Shown here piece after piece: positions 1-9,864 of a stretch of 64,000 bases of DNA. The stretch comes from an uncultured bacterium (GTDB lineage Bacteria; Patescibacteriota; JACMRA01), in the NCBI GenBank assembly GCA_963704645.1, contig OY969926.1, positions 608,001 to 672,000 on the forward strand, read 5' to 3'. The position numbers were made by a program, and so were the translations under genes. The notes beneath the pieces were generated by a model that did not search any database, was not told where the DNA came from, and saw only the letters and a list, made by a program, of their open reading frames with translations. Every line of letters starts with the position of its first letter. Within the stretch, counting starts at the first letter, position 1.

Positions 1-363
1 TTAAGCAAGAAAATTGCTCCTGTGGAAATTTCTGAACAATTGCAAAATCAACCTAAAGATGGTATGAACATGCCAATTAATGATTTACTACTAATCATCG
101 CTCAGGCTTTGAAAACTGCTCCAGCTAGTGCCGAACAAATTAATAGTAATATTTTAACTGAAATTGTTCCTGAAAAAATTATGCAGGCTATCACTGAAAA
201 AGCCGAAGATAAGGCTCCACAATCTAATCCAAAGTCAAACGGCGTTGAACAACCTGCACCTTCCGAAAAACCTGCAGGAAACGATGAAAATAAGGCTTCC
301 AATGACAAAAAAGAAGAACCTAAAAATGTCTTCTTCGGTGGCTTCGGTGGAAGAAAAGAATAG
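1..363 (+). CDS. Hypothetical protein, 3' part (open from window start), low-complexity charged C-terminus
   Basis: Frame is open from base 1 to TAG at 361-363 and is followed by a terminator. Confidence 0.6.
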   Translation, partial: LSKKIAPVEISEQLQNQPKDGMNMPINDLLLIIAQALKTAPASAEQINSNILTEIVPEKIMQAITEKAEDKAPQSNPKSNGVEQPAPSEKPAGNDENKASNDKKEEPKNVFFGGFGGRKE

Positions 364-394
364 TTGAAATTGCTACAACAGTTTGAAAATTATA

Positions 395-422
395 AAAAGG
401 CCGCAAGGCCTTCTGTTTTTTT
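395..422 (+). terminator. Rho-independent terminator
   Basis: aaggcc-gcaa-ggcctt hairpin followed by a T tract. Confidence 0.7.
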
Positions 423-469
423 ATTTAAGTTTTAAGATAATTGTTTTTGAGTTAATAACCAAAAACTAA

Positions 470-905
470 GGCATGAAACTGTCATTTTCTAACTTTTTAC
501 ACACTTTAAATTACACAATAAATTGGTGAGTAGCTTATTCCTTCCCATCCCTTCCCATCCCCTGTGTCTTCTATTTAAATCTTTTAATTCCTTTATCAAT
601 ATGATTAGTTGTATTAGGAATATTAAGTTCTGAATATTCTTGAAAAGTAAATAATTTTCATATTTCTTTTAAATATTTTTAAAGCTGTAACTATTCTACT
701 GTGTAGGTATTGTCCTTGTTTATTTCTCTGACTTAGAAAGTATTGGTTTCTTTTTATGTACAGTGCTAATGTTCTACCTAATTCTTGTTCAGTTAATTTA
801 TTTTTAACGAATAAGCTATTTATCTGATTTAGTTCTTTTCCTTACTCTGTTCTAGGATTCTTTGTAATTAAGGTGCTTATTCTTTTTTTGTATATTAAAC
901 TGTCA
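470..905 (-). pseudogene. Degraded transposase remnant (IS256-like variant)
   Basis: Minus-strand fragments LITKNPRTE*GKEL, LFTFQEYSELNIPNTTNHID and KELKDLNRRHRG, broken by stops and frameshifts; resembles the C-terminal half of IS256-variant transposases. Confidence 0.6.
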
Positions 906-1041
906 TATCTATTTAATAAAAAGAAGTTGGGTTTTTAAGTGATAGTTTTGGTTATTAACTCAATTTTTTAATTAGAATAATCTTAATTTTTAACAACTTT
1001 TTCACTCATTTTTTTTGAAGCGTAGAAATATGGACTGTAAA

Positions 1042-4000
1042 TCACATACCCATAACCACCACAGGTACATTGTGCTTTATGGCAAATTCCAATTCTTTTT
1101 GATGATTTGTTTTAATATCTTCATCTGTCATGCCTGGCTTTACTCGAATTAAAAGACCTGCCACTTCGTTTCTGATACTATTTAACTCATTAATTTCACC
1201 AGGAAAAGATATCTGTTCTGCTTTCTCTGGTTCATATCCATCTTTCTCCATTTTTTCTTGGTTGTTATAACTAATCAGCAGATTAGATAATCTTTCAATT
1301 ACACCTGTTAAATCTATATCATCTTTTGGGGATAAGGATTCAGGAAACTTGGAGTATTTTTGATAATAATTCAAGGCAATATTAAATTCTTCTATTTTAT
1401 CTGCAACTTCTAAAAACTTTTCTTTATCCACACCATCTGGTAAATCACCATCATGAAAATATTTTACAAGGTCTCTAGAACTCACTTCTTCTGCATTTGA
1501 TCCAAAAAACTCTGATTGGAGTATCTTAAATTTATGATATGCCATAACCTTTATTTTATTTTGTATCTGTTTTTCATTTGCAATTGTAGATAGAGTTTTT
1601 CCAGAAGCTGAAAAAGTGTCTTCTAAATCCACATTTACTGGAGTTGCTCGTAGTATCAAAGCATTTTGATTATTGCTAAATATTCTCATCCTAGAAGGAT
1701 CTGTAGAAGCATAAGTAGTGCAGAGCAATGAATCTACTTCTACTGCTCCTCTATCAAGTTTTGGTGATTTAGATGGATTATAATCTGCCCTCAATTCATT
1801 AGTAACGTGTAAATTTACACGGTAGCTACCACCTTCTCTTAAATCAATAAGTTGAACAGTTGACTGTTTTGATGTTCCATCAGGATTATTACCTTGATCT
1901 ACAGATAACTGTCTTTGGTTTGGATGCCTTAGAAGCTGGTCTACTTCGCTGATAACAGGGTAATTTAGATTTTCATAATATCGTATTATTGGTTTCAGTC
2001 CTTCAACTAGAGCTTCTCGATTTGGTTTATAGGAATCTATATACTGAAAGCTATCTTTGACTCTAAAACTATCCATTTCACCAAGTTTCATAGTCATATC
2101 TAGAAACTTTTCACTTCCAAGCCTAATTGCTAACTCATGTAGTTTCTCTTCATCCGGAAGTTTAAAATTAATGACTTCAGTTAACTTTGCAATTTCTTCT
2201 TTTAGATCTACCATATTTGGTATTTCTGCTTTCATTGAATAAGGTAAATTCAACCTATCACCGATTTGATAAGCCAACTTTACAGACTTGTATCCGTGAG
2301 AATCATCAGCTTGAGCTTCTCCCCTTTTTTGTGTTGTAGGTTTACCTAGGTCATGACTAAGGGCAGCAAGTGTCATTATAATTTTTTCCTCTTGACTGGC
2401 TTTTTGATAAATATTAGATCCTTGAACTGATTCTACAACTTTTAAGGTGTGTTGGAGTAAATTTTGATACTTATGATAATCATGCTGATATGGACCTGAT
2501 GGAGTTAGTTTTGTGTAAGGCGAGTTTTCAGGAAGATCATATTTACCAGCAGATACGGTGTTTTCAGGCGCGAAATTAAGTAACTCTGGAAGTAAAATAC
2601 TCAATTCACTGTTTGGGTTCATGAGCTGTTTTGGCAATTCCTTGGGATCTTGTAAAATATCCAAAACTTTTTTTGTCGTGTTTGGAAGGTGCTGGAAAGC
2701 CATTGTTTGCATTCCTCCCTCAATGGGGATTCCAATAGGTTTATCGTCTAATGGATTAAAAGATTCCTCTACTCTTCCGATCGATAGCTCAGAACCAAAT
2801 CCTGGAATTCTAAGTACCGCTTTGACACGTTGCCAAGTCTGATTATTCATCGTTGAAAAATGAGCATCCATTTTGTTTAACACCTCTTGAGTTGCTTCAG
2901 GGTCAGCTCTCAAAGACTCCATTATTATATTTTTGATTCCATCTTGACCCTGAAATGAGTCAAAATGTTCACTACTATCTATTTTTGAAAATATATTGTC
3001 GACATAGTTTATAAAATCATCCTTAGCCGGTATACTTATTGTATACTTGTAACCGTAATTGTTTAAGACTGTTCCATTAAAATCAACAGCGAAATCTGGT
3101 GACAATGTTTTTAATAAATCAAGTTTCTGATTATAATTCATCCAGTTTTTCTCAGCAGCTATTTTTAAAAACGCAGATTGTAACTCTACTTTTTTGTTTT
3201 TCAACAAATCTAGAATAACCTCAGGATACTCTTGAAATACTAAGTGGACAATATCATGTATTTGCGAATCCGAAAATGCATAAATAGTGTCAACTAAGGC
3301 GTTCTCAACGTCATCTTTTTTATTTTTGAAGAAGTCTGTTTTGAATTCAGATGTTAGAGTGTTGAGGAAATCCATTAGGTTGCCTGGGCTCTTTGAAATC
3401 TTGTTAATCAATGCTTTTCCAACCTCGTCACTTTTATTGTTAAAGAAATTTACACTAAATTCAGAGTCTATTTTTGAAATATTTCTTAGCGATGAAGTAA
3501 AACTATTTCCATTTTCTGAAATCAGAGAAGCTATTTCGCTCTCCACAAAAGACCTTTTTTCTGTTAAAATATTTTGAATAATATTAGGAATTAAACCATA
3601 AAGACCGTTAATCAAATCAGAATTAGATAAATTGTCAATAATTTTTTTGGTAATTACTTCCTTGTTGCTCTCAAAAAGTTGTATAACGTAATCTGGATAA
3701 AGATTGTTAATACAATCTAGCATAACATTCTTTACTTCAGTCTTCTGAAATAATTTATCAATTAATTGCTTTTCATTATTAATTAATAAATTTTGTACAA
3801 ATTTAGGATTAGCTTTATTGAAAACCGCTAAAATATTTTTTGATGTATCGATTCTTAATAATATTAACCTTTCAAGTTCCACACGATTATCATTAATTAA
3901 TTCTTTTAGAATTGTAGGATTGCTGTGCTCCATCTTTTCGAAAAAACTATCTAGTGATTTAGGATTCTTTACTAATATATCTTTAAGGTTGGTGTAAATA

Positions 4001-5235
4001 TCTTCTTTGTTATCCATTAAATCAGATCCAAAATCAGGATCGATACTATTCAATATACTGATAAAATTTTTATAATCCCTACTATCATCACTAATTAATC
4101 TTTTTAAAATATCAGATAATTGCTTTTTTCGTTCGTAAACAAATTTTGTAGCATTTTCAGGATTAGCAAATTTGATAACTCTTAACAAAGGTATAATTTT
4201 TTTTAGACCTCGTTCCCCTCGATTAATAAATCCATCTAATTTTACAAATAGATCTGAAGAAATTTGATCTATGATTAACTTTGCATTTTCAGGAAGTGTT
4301 TTTTTTAAAAACCCGATCTTATCTAAAAAAAGACCTAGATTTTTATCTAATGATTCAACTAGATAATTTTTCAACTCCCCATCCCCCTCCTTCAAAAACC
4401 TATCTACAATCTCAGGATCAATTTCCCTACACAGATCAAATATTTTTGATGGGTCTGCGCTACCTTCCTTAAACGCCTGCATCATCACATCCATCATCTC
4501 TCGATCTGCAGATTCAGGATCTAAAGCACGCATATCTTCAAACATTTTGGATAGTTGAAGCCTTGCTGCTTCAAATTCGGTTTTTAGTTGCTTGACTTTG
4601 TTTATCAGATTTCCTATTTCTGTTGTTTTGCTTTCAGATTCAATACTTTCTTTGACACCCTCATTATTGTTTTCTGCTTGTTGAGGATTTTGTCTTTTTT
4701 CCAAGTCTTTACTTAGCTTTTCTAACTCTCCAAGATATTCCTCAAAGACAAGATCTAGCTTTTTTAAGAAATCATATTCTCCTATTTGACCTACTACTTC
4801 TTGTTTTTTGTCATTGTTATTTTCAATATGATTCGAAATTATTTTAAAGTCTAAACCATTAGTTTTTGAAATTATAATTAGATCTTTATATCCTTCTATT
4901 TTTAAATTATCCCCTAAGTTTTTTTTCACTTTACCATACCCTGACTCATTAAAATCATTTGAGATATTATCCAGTACGAATATTGCGTCTCGGATATATA
5001 AATCTAGCTTAGCTAAATGGTTTTCTACTTCTTCAGAGTTTTCTGATTTTAGAGATTCATCTGCGAATTCAATTTCTTCTGCATTTACAATCATTGCCAA
5101 TACCGAATCTTGATCTAATAATTCTTTTGTAGAATGTTTTTTTTCAGCTATATTCAAATTCTTTCCAATCTCTATTTTGGGTATTTGCAATTTACTAGAC
5201 TGGCTTAATAGTTGACTTTTAAAATCAGCGGTCAT
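1042..5235 (-). CDS. 1397-aa protein: coiled-coil/alpha-helical repeat N-terminal region, HD-domain hydrolase, uncharacterised C-terminal domain
   Basis: HTLKV...LAALSHDLGKP...HGYKS HD signature; recurring 'I(D/N)P(E/D)F' helical units. Confidence 0.75.
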   Translation of the reverse strand: MTADFKSQLLSQSSKLQIPKIEIGKNLNIAEKKHSTKELLDQDSVLAMIVNAEEIEFADESLKSENSEEVENHLAKLDLYIRDAIFVLDNISNDFNESGYGKVKKNLGDNLKIEGYKDLIIISKTNGLDFKIISNHIENNNDKKQEVVGQIGEYDFLKKLDLVFEEYLGELEKLSKDLEKRQNPQQAENNNEGVKESIESESKTTEIGNLINKVKQLKTEFEAARLQLSKMFEDMRALDPESADREMMDVMMQAFKEGSADPSKIFDLCREIDPEIVDRFLKEGDGELKNYLVESLDKNLGLFLDKIGFLKKTLPENAKLIIDQISSDLFVKLDGFINRGERGLKKIIPLLRVIKFANPENATKFVYERKKQLSDILKRLISDDSRDYKNFISILNSIDPDFGSDLMDNKEDIYTNLKDILVKNPKSLDSFFEKMEHSNPTILKELINDNRVELERLILLRIDTSKNILAVFNKANPKFVQNLLINNEKQLIDKLFQKTEVKNVMLDCINNLYPDYVIQLFESNKEVITKKIIDNLSNSDLINGLYGLIPNIIQNILTEKRSFVESEIASLISENGNSFTSSLRNISKIDSEFSVNFFNNKSDEVGKALINKISKSPGNLMDFLNTLTSEFKTDFFKNKKDDVENALVDTIYAFSDSQIHDIVHLVFQEYPEVILDLLKNKKVELQSAFLKIAAEKNWMNYNQKLDLLKTLSPDFAVDFNGTVLNNYGYKYTISIPAKDDFINYVDNIFSKIDSSEHFDSFQGQDGIKNIIMESLRADPEATQEVLNKMDAHFSTMNNQTWQRVKAVLRIPGFGSELSIGRVEESFNPLDDKPIGIPIEGGMQTMAFQHLPNTTKKVLDILQDPKELPKQLMNPNSELSILLPELLNFAPENTVSAGKYDLPENSPYTKLTPSGPYQHDYHKYQNLLQHTLKVVESVQGSNIYQKASQEEKIIMTLAALSHDLGKPTTQKRGEAQADDSHGYKSVKLAYQIGDRLNLPYSMKAEIPNMVDLKEEIAKLTEVINFKLPDEEKLHELAIRLGSEKFLDMTMKLGEMDSFRVKDSFQYIDSYKPNREALVEGLKPIIRYYENLNYPVISEVDQLLRHPNQRQLSVDQGNNPDGTSKQSTVQLIDLREGGSYRVNLHVTNELRADYNPSKSPKLDRGAVEVDSLLCTTYASTDPSRMRIFSNNQNALILRATPVNVDLEDTFSASGKTLSTIANEKQIQNKIKVMAYHKFKILQSEFFGSNAEEVSSRDLVKYFHDGDLPDGVDKEKFLEVADKIEEFNIALNYYQKYSKFPESLSPKDDIDLTGVIERLSNLLISYNNQEKMEKDGYEPEKAEQISFPGEINELNSIRNEVAGLLIRVKPGMTDEDIKTNHQKELEFAIKHNVPVVVMGM

Positions 5236-5377
5236 TAATTTTTTGTTTTGTGTTTACTACATTTTATCATCAAAGACTAATATAGTCTAATTCTTTGAAC
5301 AAGCCCAAGCAGATATCATGTTAAGGGTAATGAATATTGTTTATTAAGAGTTAATAAAATAATTTTTACTTATTTTT

Positions 5378-5408
5378 ACACTTAGACCCTGAAACAAGTT
5401 CAGGGTGA
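5378..5408 (+). repeat. REP-like palindrome, family A, copy 1
   Basis: acacttagaccctgaaacaagttcagggtga; near-identical copies at 19038 and 41491 (inverted). Confidence 0.85.
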
Positions 5409-5520
5409 TAGGGCTTATCGTCTAGTGTAGTATGCTTGTAGACAGTCTGGTTGGCCAGTAGTCCAACTTTAATACTTAGAAACTTAGAGTAAGACAGATT
5501 TGTTGATCTGAGATATTAAT

Positions 5521-6138
5521 TTAATATCCAATGTTTTGGTTAACTAAAATAATATGGAATCTGCCTGGGTTTACTTCTCTGTTTACAATCAATACTTTGT
5601 TAATTGCACTTCCTGGAACGCCGTAAGCTTTTCTAGCTCTTTCACTTTCAAGAGGTAAAGTATATTGTTCCAACCTTTCCATTCCTTCAATTAAATCTTT
5701 TGTAATTTTTTGAACACCTGCTACAACAATCATTGTTTCTGCTCCGTAAGCTTGTCCTGGAAGTTGGCTTCCTGTGGCTGAAGCTGTAATTAATTGTCCT
5801 GCTTCGGTAATTGCGTGCACACTTCCAATACCATATTCTGGAACGCTGCCTAAGGCTCGCATTTCTTGGCCATGGGTTTCCTTGTTTAAAGAATATAGTT
5901 TGTCACGGTTAGGCTTATAATCACCAGATTCATTAATATGGGTAGAAATACCAGCTTCGTCTAAAGTAACAGAAGTATAAGTCATAACCTCACTTTGTTC
6001 TGGAATTAGTTCTAATACTTTGGCTTTAGCTTCTTCAAGATTTTCAACAAAACTAACTGTAAAACCGTTACCTTGTAAGTTTACTATTGTTTGGTTTATT
6101 GTTTCTTGGTTTGGGATTGTGTTAAAAGTTTTACTCAT
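5521..6138 (-). CDS. LUD (lactate utilization C/YkgG-like) domain protein
   Basis: SVHAITEAGQL...TGSQL...VVAGVQKI LUD motifs. Confidence 0.8.
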   Translation of the reverse strand: MSKTFNTIPNQETINQTIVNLQGNGFTVSFVENLEEAKAKVLELIPEQSEVMTYTSVTLDEAGISTHINESGDYKPNRDKLYSLNKETHGQEMRALGSVPEYGIGSVHAITEAGQLITASATGSQLPGQAYGAETMIVVAGVQKITKDLIEGMERLEQYTLPLESERARKAYGVPGSAINKVLIVNREVNPGRFHIILVNQNIGY

Positions 6139-6205
6139 AATAAGTAATCAAAAACTCTGTATTGACATTTAGTCAAGTACTATGGTAAAAGTAAGTATAT
6201 AAAGT

Positions 6206-6547
6206 ATGAAACAATGCACATCCTCAGACCCAGTAAATATTACCTTAAAAGTAATAGGTGGAAAATGGAAGCCCGTAATTTTGTGGTATTTGAAAGACGA
6301 AATTAAGAGATTCAACCAGCTATCTAAAGAAATAACTGGAATTACCCAAAAAATGTTAATTCAACAACTGCGTGAATTAGAACAAGACGGAATAATTAAA
6401 CGGAAAGTTATGCCAGTTATTCCCCCGCATGTAGAATATTCCATTACAAGTTATGGTCAAAGTCTCCAACCAATTCTAATTTCAATGGCAGAATGGGGTG
6501 AAGGGCATACAATTAAATTGGGCAAAAGAAAAACCAATATAAAATAA
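6206..6547 (+). CDS. HxlR-family winged-helix transcriptional regulator
   Basis: [10 protein letters not shown]...[15 protein letters not shown]...PPHVEYS; divergent from the LUD gene. Confidence 0.92.
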   Translation: MKQCTSSDPVNITLKVIGGKWKPVILWYLKDEIKRFNQLSKEITGITQKMLIQQLRELEQDGIIKRKVMPVIPPHVEYSITSYGQSLQPILISMAEWGEGHTIKLGKRKTNIK

Positions 6548-6616
6548 TTACTTTTGTAAGTTAGGACTTACATATTTGACCAGATAACTATTTCAGCTCA
6601 TTAAATATACATTAAT

Positions 6617-8449
6617 ATGGCATGGTATAACCAATATAGACCCACAAATTTCCAGCAGGTAATAGGACAAGAAACTGTAAAAAATGTTTTAATTAATAGT
6701 TTGGCTAATAATAAAATTAAACATGCATATTTATTTAACGGTCCAAAAGGTGTTGGTAAAACAACCCTGGCCAGAATATTTGCAAGTGAATTAAACAGTT
6801 TAGAAAACTATCCAGACGCAACTATTGATATTGTAGAACTTGATGCTGCCAGCAATTCTGGGGTGGATAATATAAGAGAATTGATTGAATCAGCTAAAAA
6901 TCCACCGTTAATTGGAAAGTTTAAAATTTATATTATTGATGAAGTTCATATGCTGTCTAAATCGGCTATGAATGCTTTGCTAAAAATTTTGGAAGAGCCT
7001 CCAACTTATTTAGTATTTCTACTGGCTACAACCAACCCTGAAAAGCTGCTTCCTACAGTTTTATCAAGATTAACCAAATTAAATTTAAGCAATCACACAA
7101 CCTTAGATTTGGTAAAAAACTTAGACTTTATAGCAAGACAAGAAGGAATGAAAGTAGATGATGCGGTTTTAGAAATGCTATCTAAGCGGGCTGATGGAAG
7201 CCAAAGAGATGCAATTAATTTACTAGAAACTTTGTGTAGTTTTAACTTACCAAACTATAATTTGCTTGAGTCTAGTAATTTATTGGGCATGCTTCCAGAT
7301 TCTATATTTGCTGAATTTACTAAGCAATTTACAGAAGATAAGCTTCTCACTAAAAGTCTTTTAATTGAAATTAATAATATTGGTTTAGACGGTGAAAGTT
7401 TCTTAATTCAGCTGTTTTCATTTTTACTAGATCAAGTTTTTGAAGGTGCTAAAATTAGTAAGGAATTTGTGAAAACTGTATCTATTGTTTTAGATTTGCA
7501 ATTACCTTCAACAACAATCTTGCAATCTATTGCCTTGCTACAATCATTTTCTACTGATGAAGTTAAAGTTGAAACTACCCCAAAAAGTGAATCCAATAAT
7601 CCAACAAAAAATGACGTAAAGGTTACTGAAGAGACTTCAAATTTTAATCAAAATTCTTTAGAAAGTAGTAATCTTAAAGTAGTTAATGAGGGCGAGTTTG
7701 GGACTGCTCCTATTAAAACAAATACTTTGCTAGACCAAGAAATTGTAAGTTTAGGCGACGCTTTTTTGGAAGGTTTTTATGACAATTTAAGTCTTGAAAT
7801 ATCCCCACAAATTTCACAGAATATGAATGTGGAAACAGAAGCTAAGCCAGAAGAAAATTACCCAAGGCCAAGCGTTGTAGAAGAATTAGAACAAACTAAA
7901 AATCAAGTTCAAACAGAAAACTCTACTTCAACCGAGAGTGATCCACAAAATGTATCTATTGAATTATTGCAAAAATTGTTGATCTTTTTGTCTGCTAGTA
8001 AAGATATTCCGCCAATGCTTAAAATGGTTATAAATAATGTGAAAGTAGATGAATTTGAAAACGGTGTTCTTAAACTTTCGGCTAGTAGCGGTTTAATATT
8101 GGCTCAGTTAAATAACCCAAATAATTTAAGTTGGTTGCTTCAAAAAGCCAAAGAAAATTACCCACAAATTCAGAAAATTGTTGCAGGCCAGGAAGTTAAA
8201 AGTAATGTTATTCCTACAAAAAATATTACTCCAGAAATCACCCCACAAAATATTAGTAGCAAGCCAAGTCAGCCTACAATTGAAGAAAAGCCTACTGAAA
8301 AAAGTGAGTATTTCTATGAAGTTTATGGTCAATTACCTGAAGAAATGGAGGAAAACAGTTTACCAGTTTTTAAAGGCGAAATTAGTAAGCCGCAAAAAAC
8401 TAAATCTTGGGATGACCATGCCAGTGAATTGTTCGATTTTGAAAGTTAA
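6617..8449 (+). CDS. dnaX: DNA polymerase III subunit gamma/tau
   Basis: YRP..F..VIGQ, GPKGVGKTT, ELDAASN, IIDEVHMLS, LLKILEEPP. Confidence 0.95.
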   Translation: MAWYNQYRPTNFQQVIGQETVKNVLINSLANNKIKHAYLFNGPKGVGKTTLARIFASELNSLENYPDATIDIVELDAASNSGVDNIRELIESAKNPPLIGKFKIYIIDEVHMLSKSAMNALLKILEEPPTYLVFLLATTNPEKLLPTVLSRLTKLNLSNHTTLDLVKNLDFIARQEGMKVDDAVLEMLSKRADGSQRDAINLLETLCSFNLPNYNLLESSNLLGMLPDSIFAEFTKQFTEDKLLTKSLLIEINNIGLDGESFLIQLFSFLLDQVFEGAKISKEFVKTVSIVLDLQLPSTTILQSIALLQSFSTDEVKVETTPKSESNNPTKNDVKVTEETSNFNQNSLESSNLKVVNEGEFGTAPIKTNTLLDQEIVSLGDAFLEGFYDNLSLEISPQISQNMNVETEAKPEENYPRPSVVEELEQTKNQVQTENSTSTESDPQNVSIELLQKLLIFLSASKDIPPMLKMVINNVKVDEFENGVLKLSASSGLILAQLNNPNNLSWLLQKAKENYPQIQKIVAGQEVKSNVIPTKNITPEITPQNISSKPSQPTIEEKPTEKSEYFYEVYGQLPEEMEENSLPVFKGEISKPQKTKSWDDHASELFDFES

Positions 8450-8472
8450 TTTACTGGGTATTTATTGGAATT

Positions 8473-9348
8473 ATGCATTATAAAATTTTTAGTTTGTATC
8501 CACAAATTTTTGAATCTTTTTGGCAAAATAGCTTAATTGCTAGGGCGGTTTCTAAAAATATAATTAGCTATCAAAATATTAATTGGAAGGATGAATTTGG
8601 AGCTGGAAATTACAAACAAGTAGACGATAGGCTGTTTGGTGGAGGAACAGGAATGGTTTTAAAGCCAGAACCAATTTACAACGCTTTGCAAAAATATGAA
8701 GCCCTAAGCCCGTTGTTCCAAACTCCAAAAACTACTCAAGTTTTTAATAAAGTTCTTCCTCCTAATTCTAATTTCTATAATTATTGGCTGGCTAATAAAC
8801 CTTCTAAAGTTACTGTTTCTTTAACTCCACGTGGTTTTCCTTTAAATCAAAATATTGTTGAATGGCTGCAAAACTTTTCGGAAATTTCAATTTTATGTGG
8901 AAGATTTGAAGGATTTGATGCCAGAGTTTCGCCTATGGTAGATTTGGAAATTTCAATTGGAAACTTTGTTACTAACGGCGGTGAAGTTCCCGCCATGGCT
9001 TTGATTGAGGCAGTATCTAGGTTTGTGCCAGGTTTTATTACTAAATCACCTTCAGTACTACACGATTCTTTTTCTGGGGAGAATAACCAATATTCAGAAT
9101 TTAATTCCGTGTTAAAAAAAGGAGAGGATATGAACTCAGCTGATTTGTTGAAGCAGCATCTCGATAACCGAGTTTCTACAAAAAATTTGTTTGATGATGA
9201 AATGTGGAAAGCTAAAATTTTACCTTTTATTGAACATCCACAATTTACAAGGCCAGAAGAATTTATGAACATGGCAATTCCAGAAGTCTTGAAAAACGGA
9301 GACCATAAACAAATTGCCCGGTGGAGGGAGTTGGGCTGGAAGGGGTAG
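8473..9348 (+). CDS. trmD: tRNA (guanine37-N1)-methyltransferase, with two insertions
   Basis: VDDRLFGGGTGMVLKPEP, LCGRFEGFDARV, EHPQFTRP. Confidence 0.95.
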   Translation: MHYKIFSLYPQIFESFWQNSLIARAVSKNIISYQNINWKDEFGAGNYKQVDDRLFGGGTGMVLKPEPIYNALQKYEALSPLFQTPKTTQVFNKVLPPNSNFYNYWLANKPSKVTVSLTPRGFPLNQNIVEWLQNFSEISILCGRFEGFDARVSPMVDLEISIGNFVTNGGEVPAMALIEAVSRFVPGFITKSPSVLHDSFSGENNQYSEFNSVLKKGEDMNSADLLKQHLDNRVSTKNLFDDEMWKAKILPFIEHPQFTRPEEFMNMAIPEVLKNGDHKQIARWRELGWKG

Positions 9349-9418
9349 CTGCAATTGCCCAAAAAAATATCACAATCTAAAAAATAAGACTGTGATAAAG
9401 TATTTTATTAAAAATTGA

Positions 9419-9790
9419 CTACATATCCAAACTGTCTGAAGCACAAAGCAAAACTATAAATTTTGCAAATTGACGAGTGGGATAAATCCAACCGTTTTCA
9501 CGCATTTCAATATAATTAAACTCCGCATTAAGTTGCTCAAGTTGTTTTACCAAATTTTCTTGTTTAAGAAAAGGAAGATTGTGATACTCAGCTGGGTAAT
9601 CTTGAATATTAGTGCTGATCCCAAGCCAGGTTTTGTATTCATCTTTAGCAGACCATTCACAGATAAAGCAAATTACGTCGCTAAAAATATTTCTAGACCT
9701 TAAACGTTTTGAAACAGACAATGCATTGGGAATACTTAAATTTTCTAGCTCGATAGATTTCCTTAAAAAAGGTTCCATTTTAGTCGGCAT
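9419..9790 (-). CDS. Hypothetical protein in a stand-alone promoter-gene-terminator unit
   Basis: 123-aa ORF; upstream CTTGCC-N13-TATG promoter (9841-9863); downstream hairpin plus T tract (~9360-9398). Confidence 0.6.
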   Translation of the reverse strand: MPTKMEPFLRKSIELENLSIPNALSVSKRLRSRNIFSDVICFICEWSAKDEYKTWLGISTNIQDYPAEYHNLPFLKQENLVKQLEQLNAEFNYIEMRENGWIYPTRQFAKFIVLLCASDSLDM

Positions 9791-9864
9791 GATTTTCCAT
9801 CCAATAAATTTTTAACAAGCAGTACCTAACTTATATTAATCATAATCCTAATGAAAAGGCAAGA

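Noticed and set aside
540-562. cttcccatcc tandem duplication
   Set aside because: Only two copies, inside the decayed transposase; no evident function.
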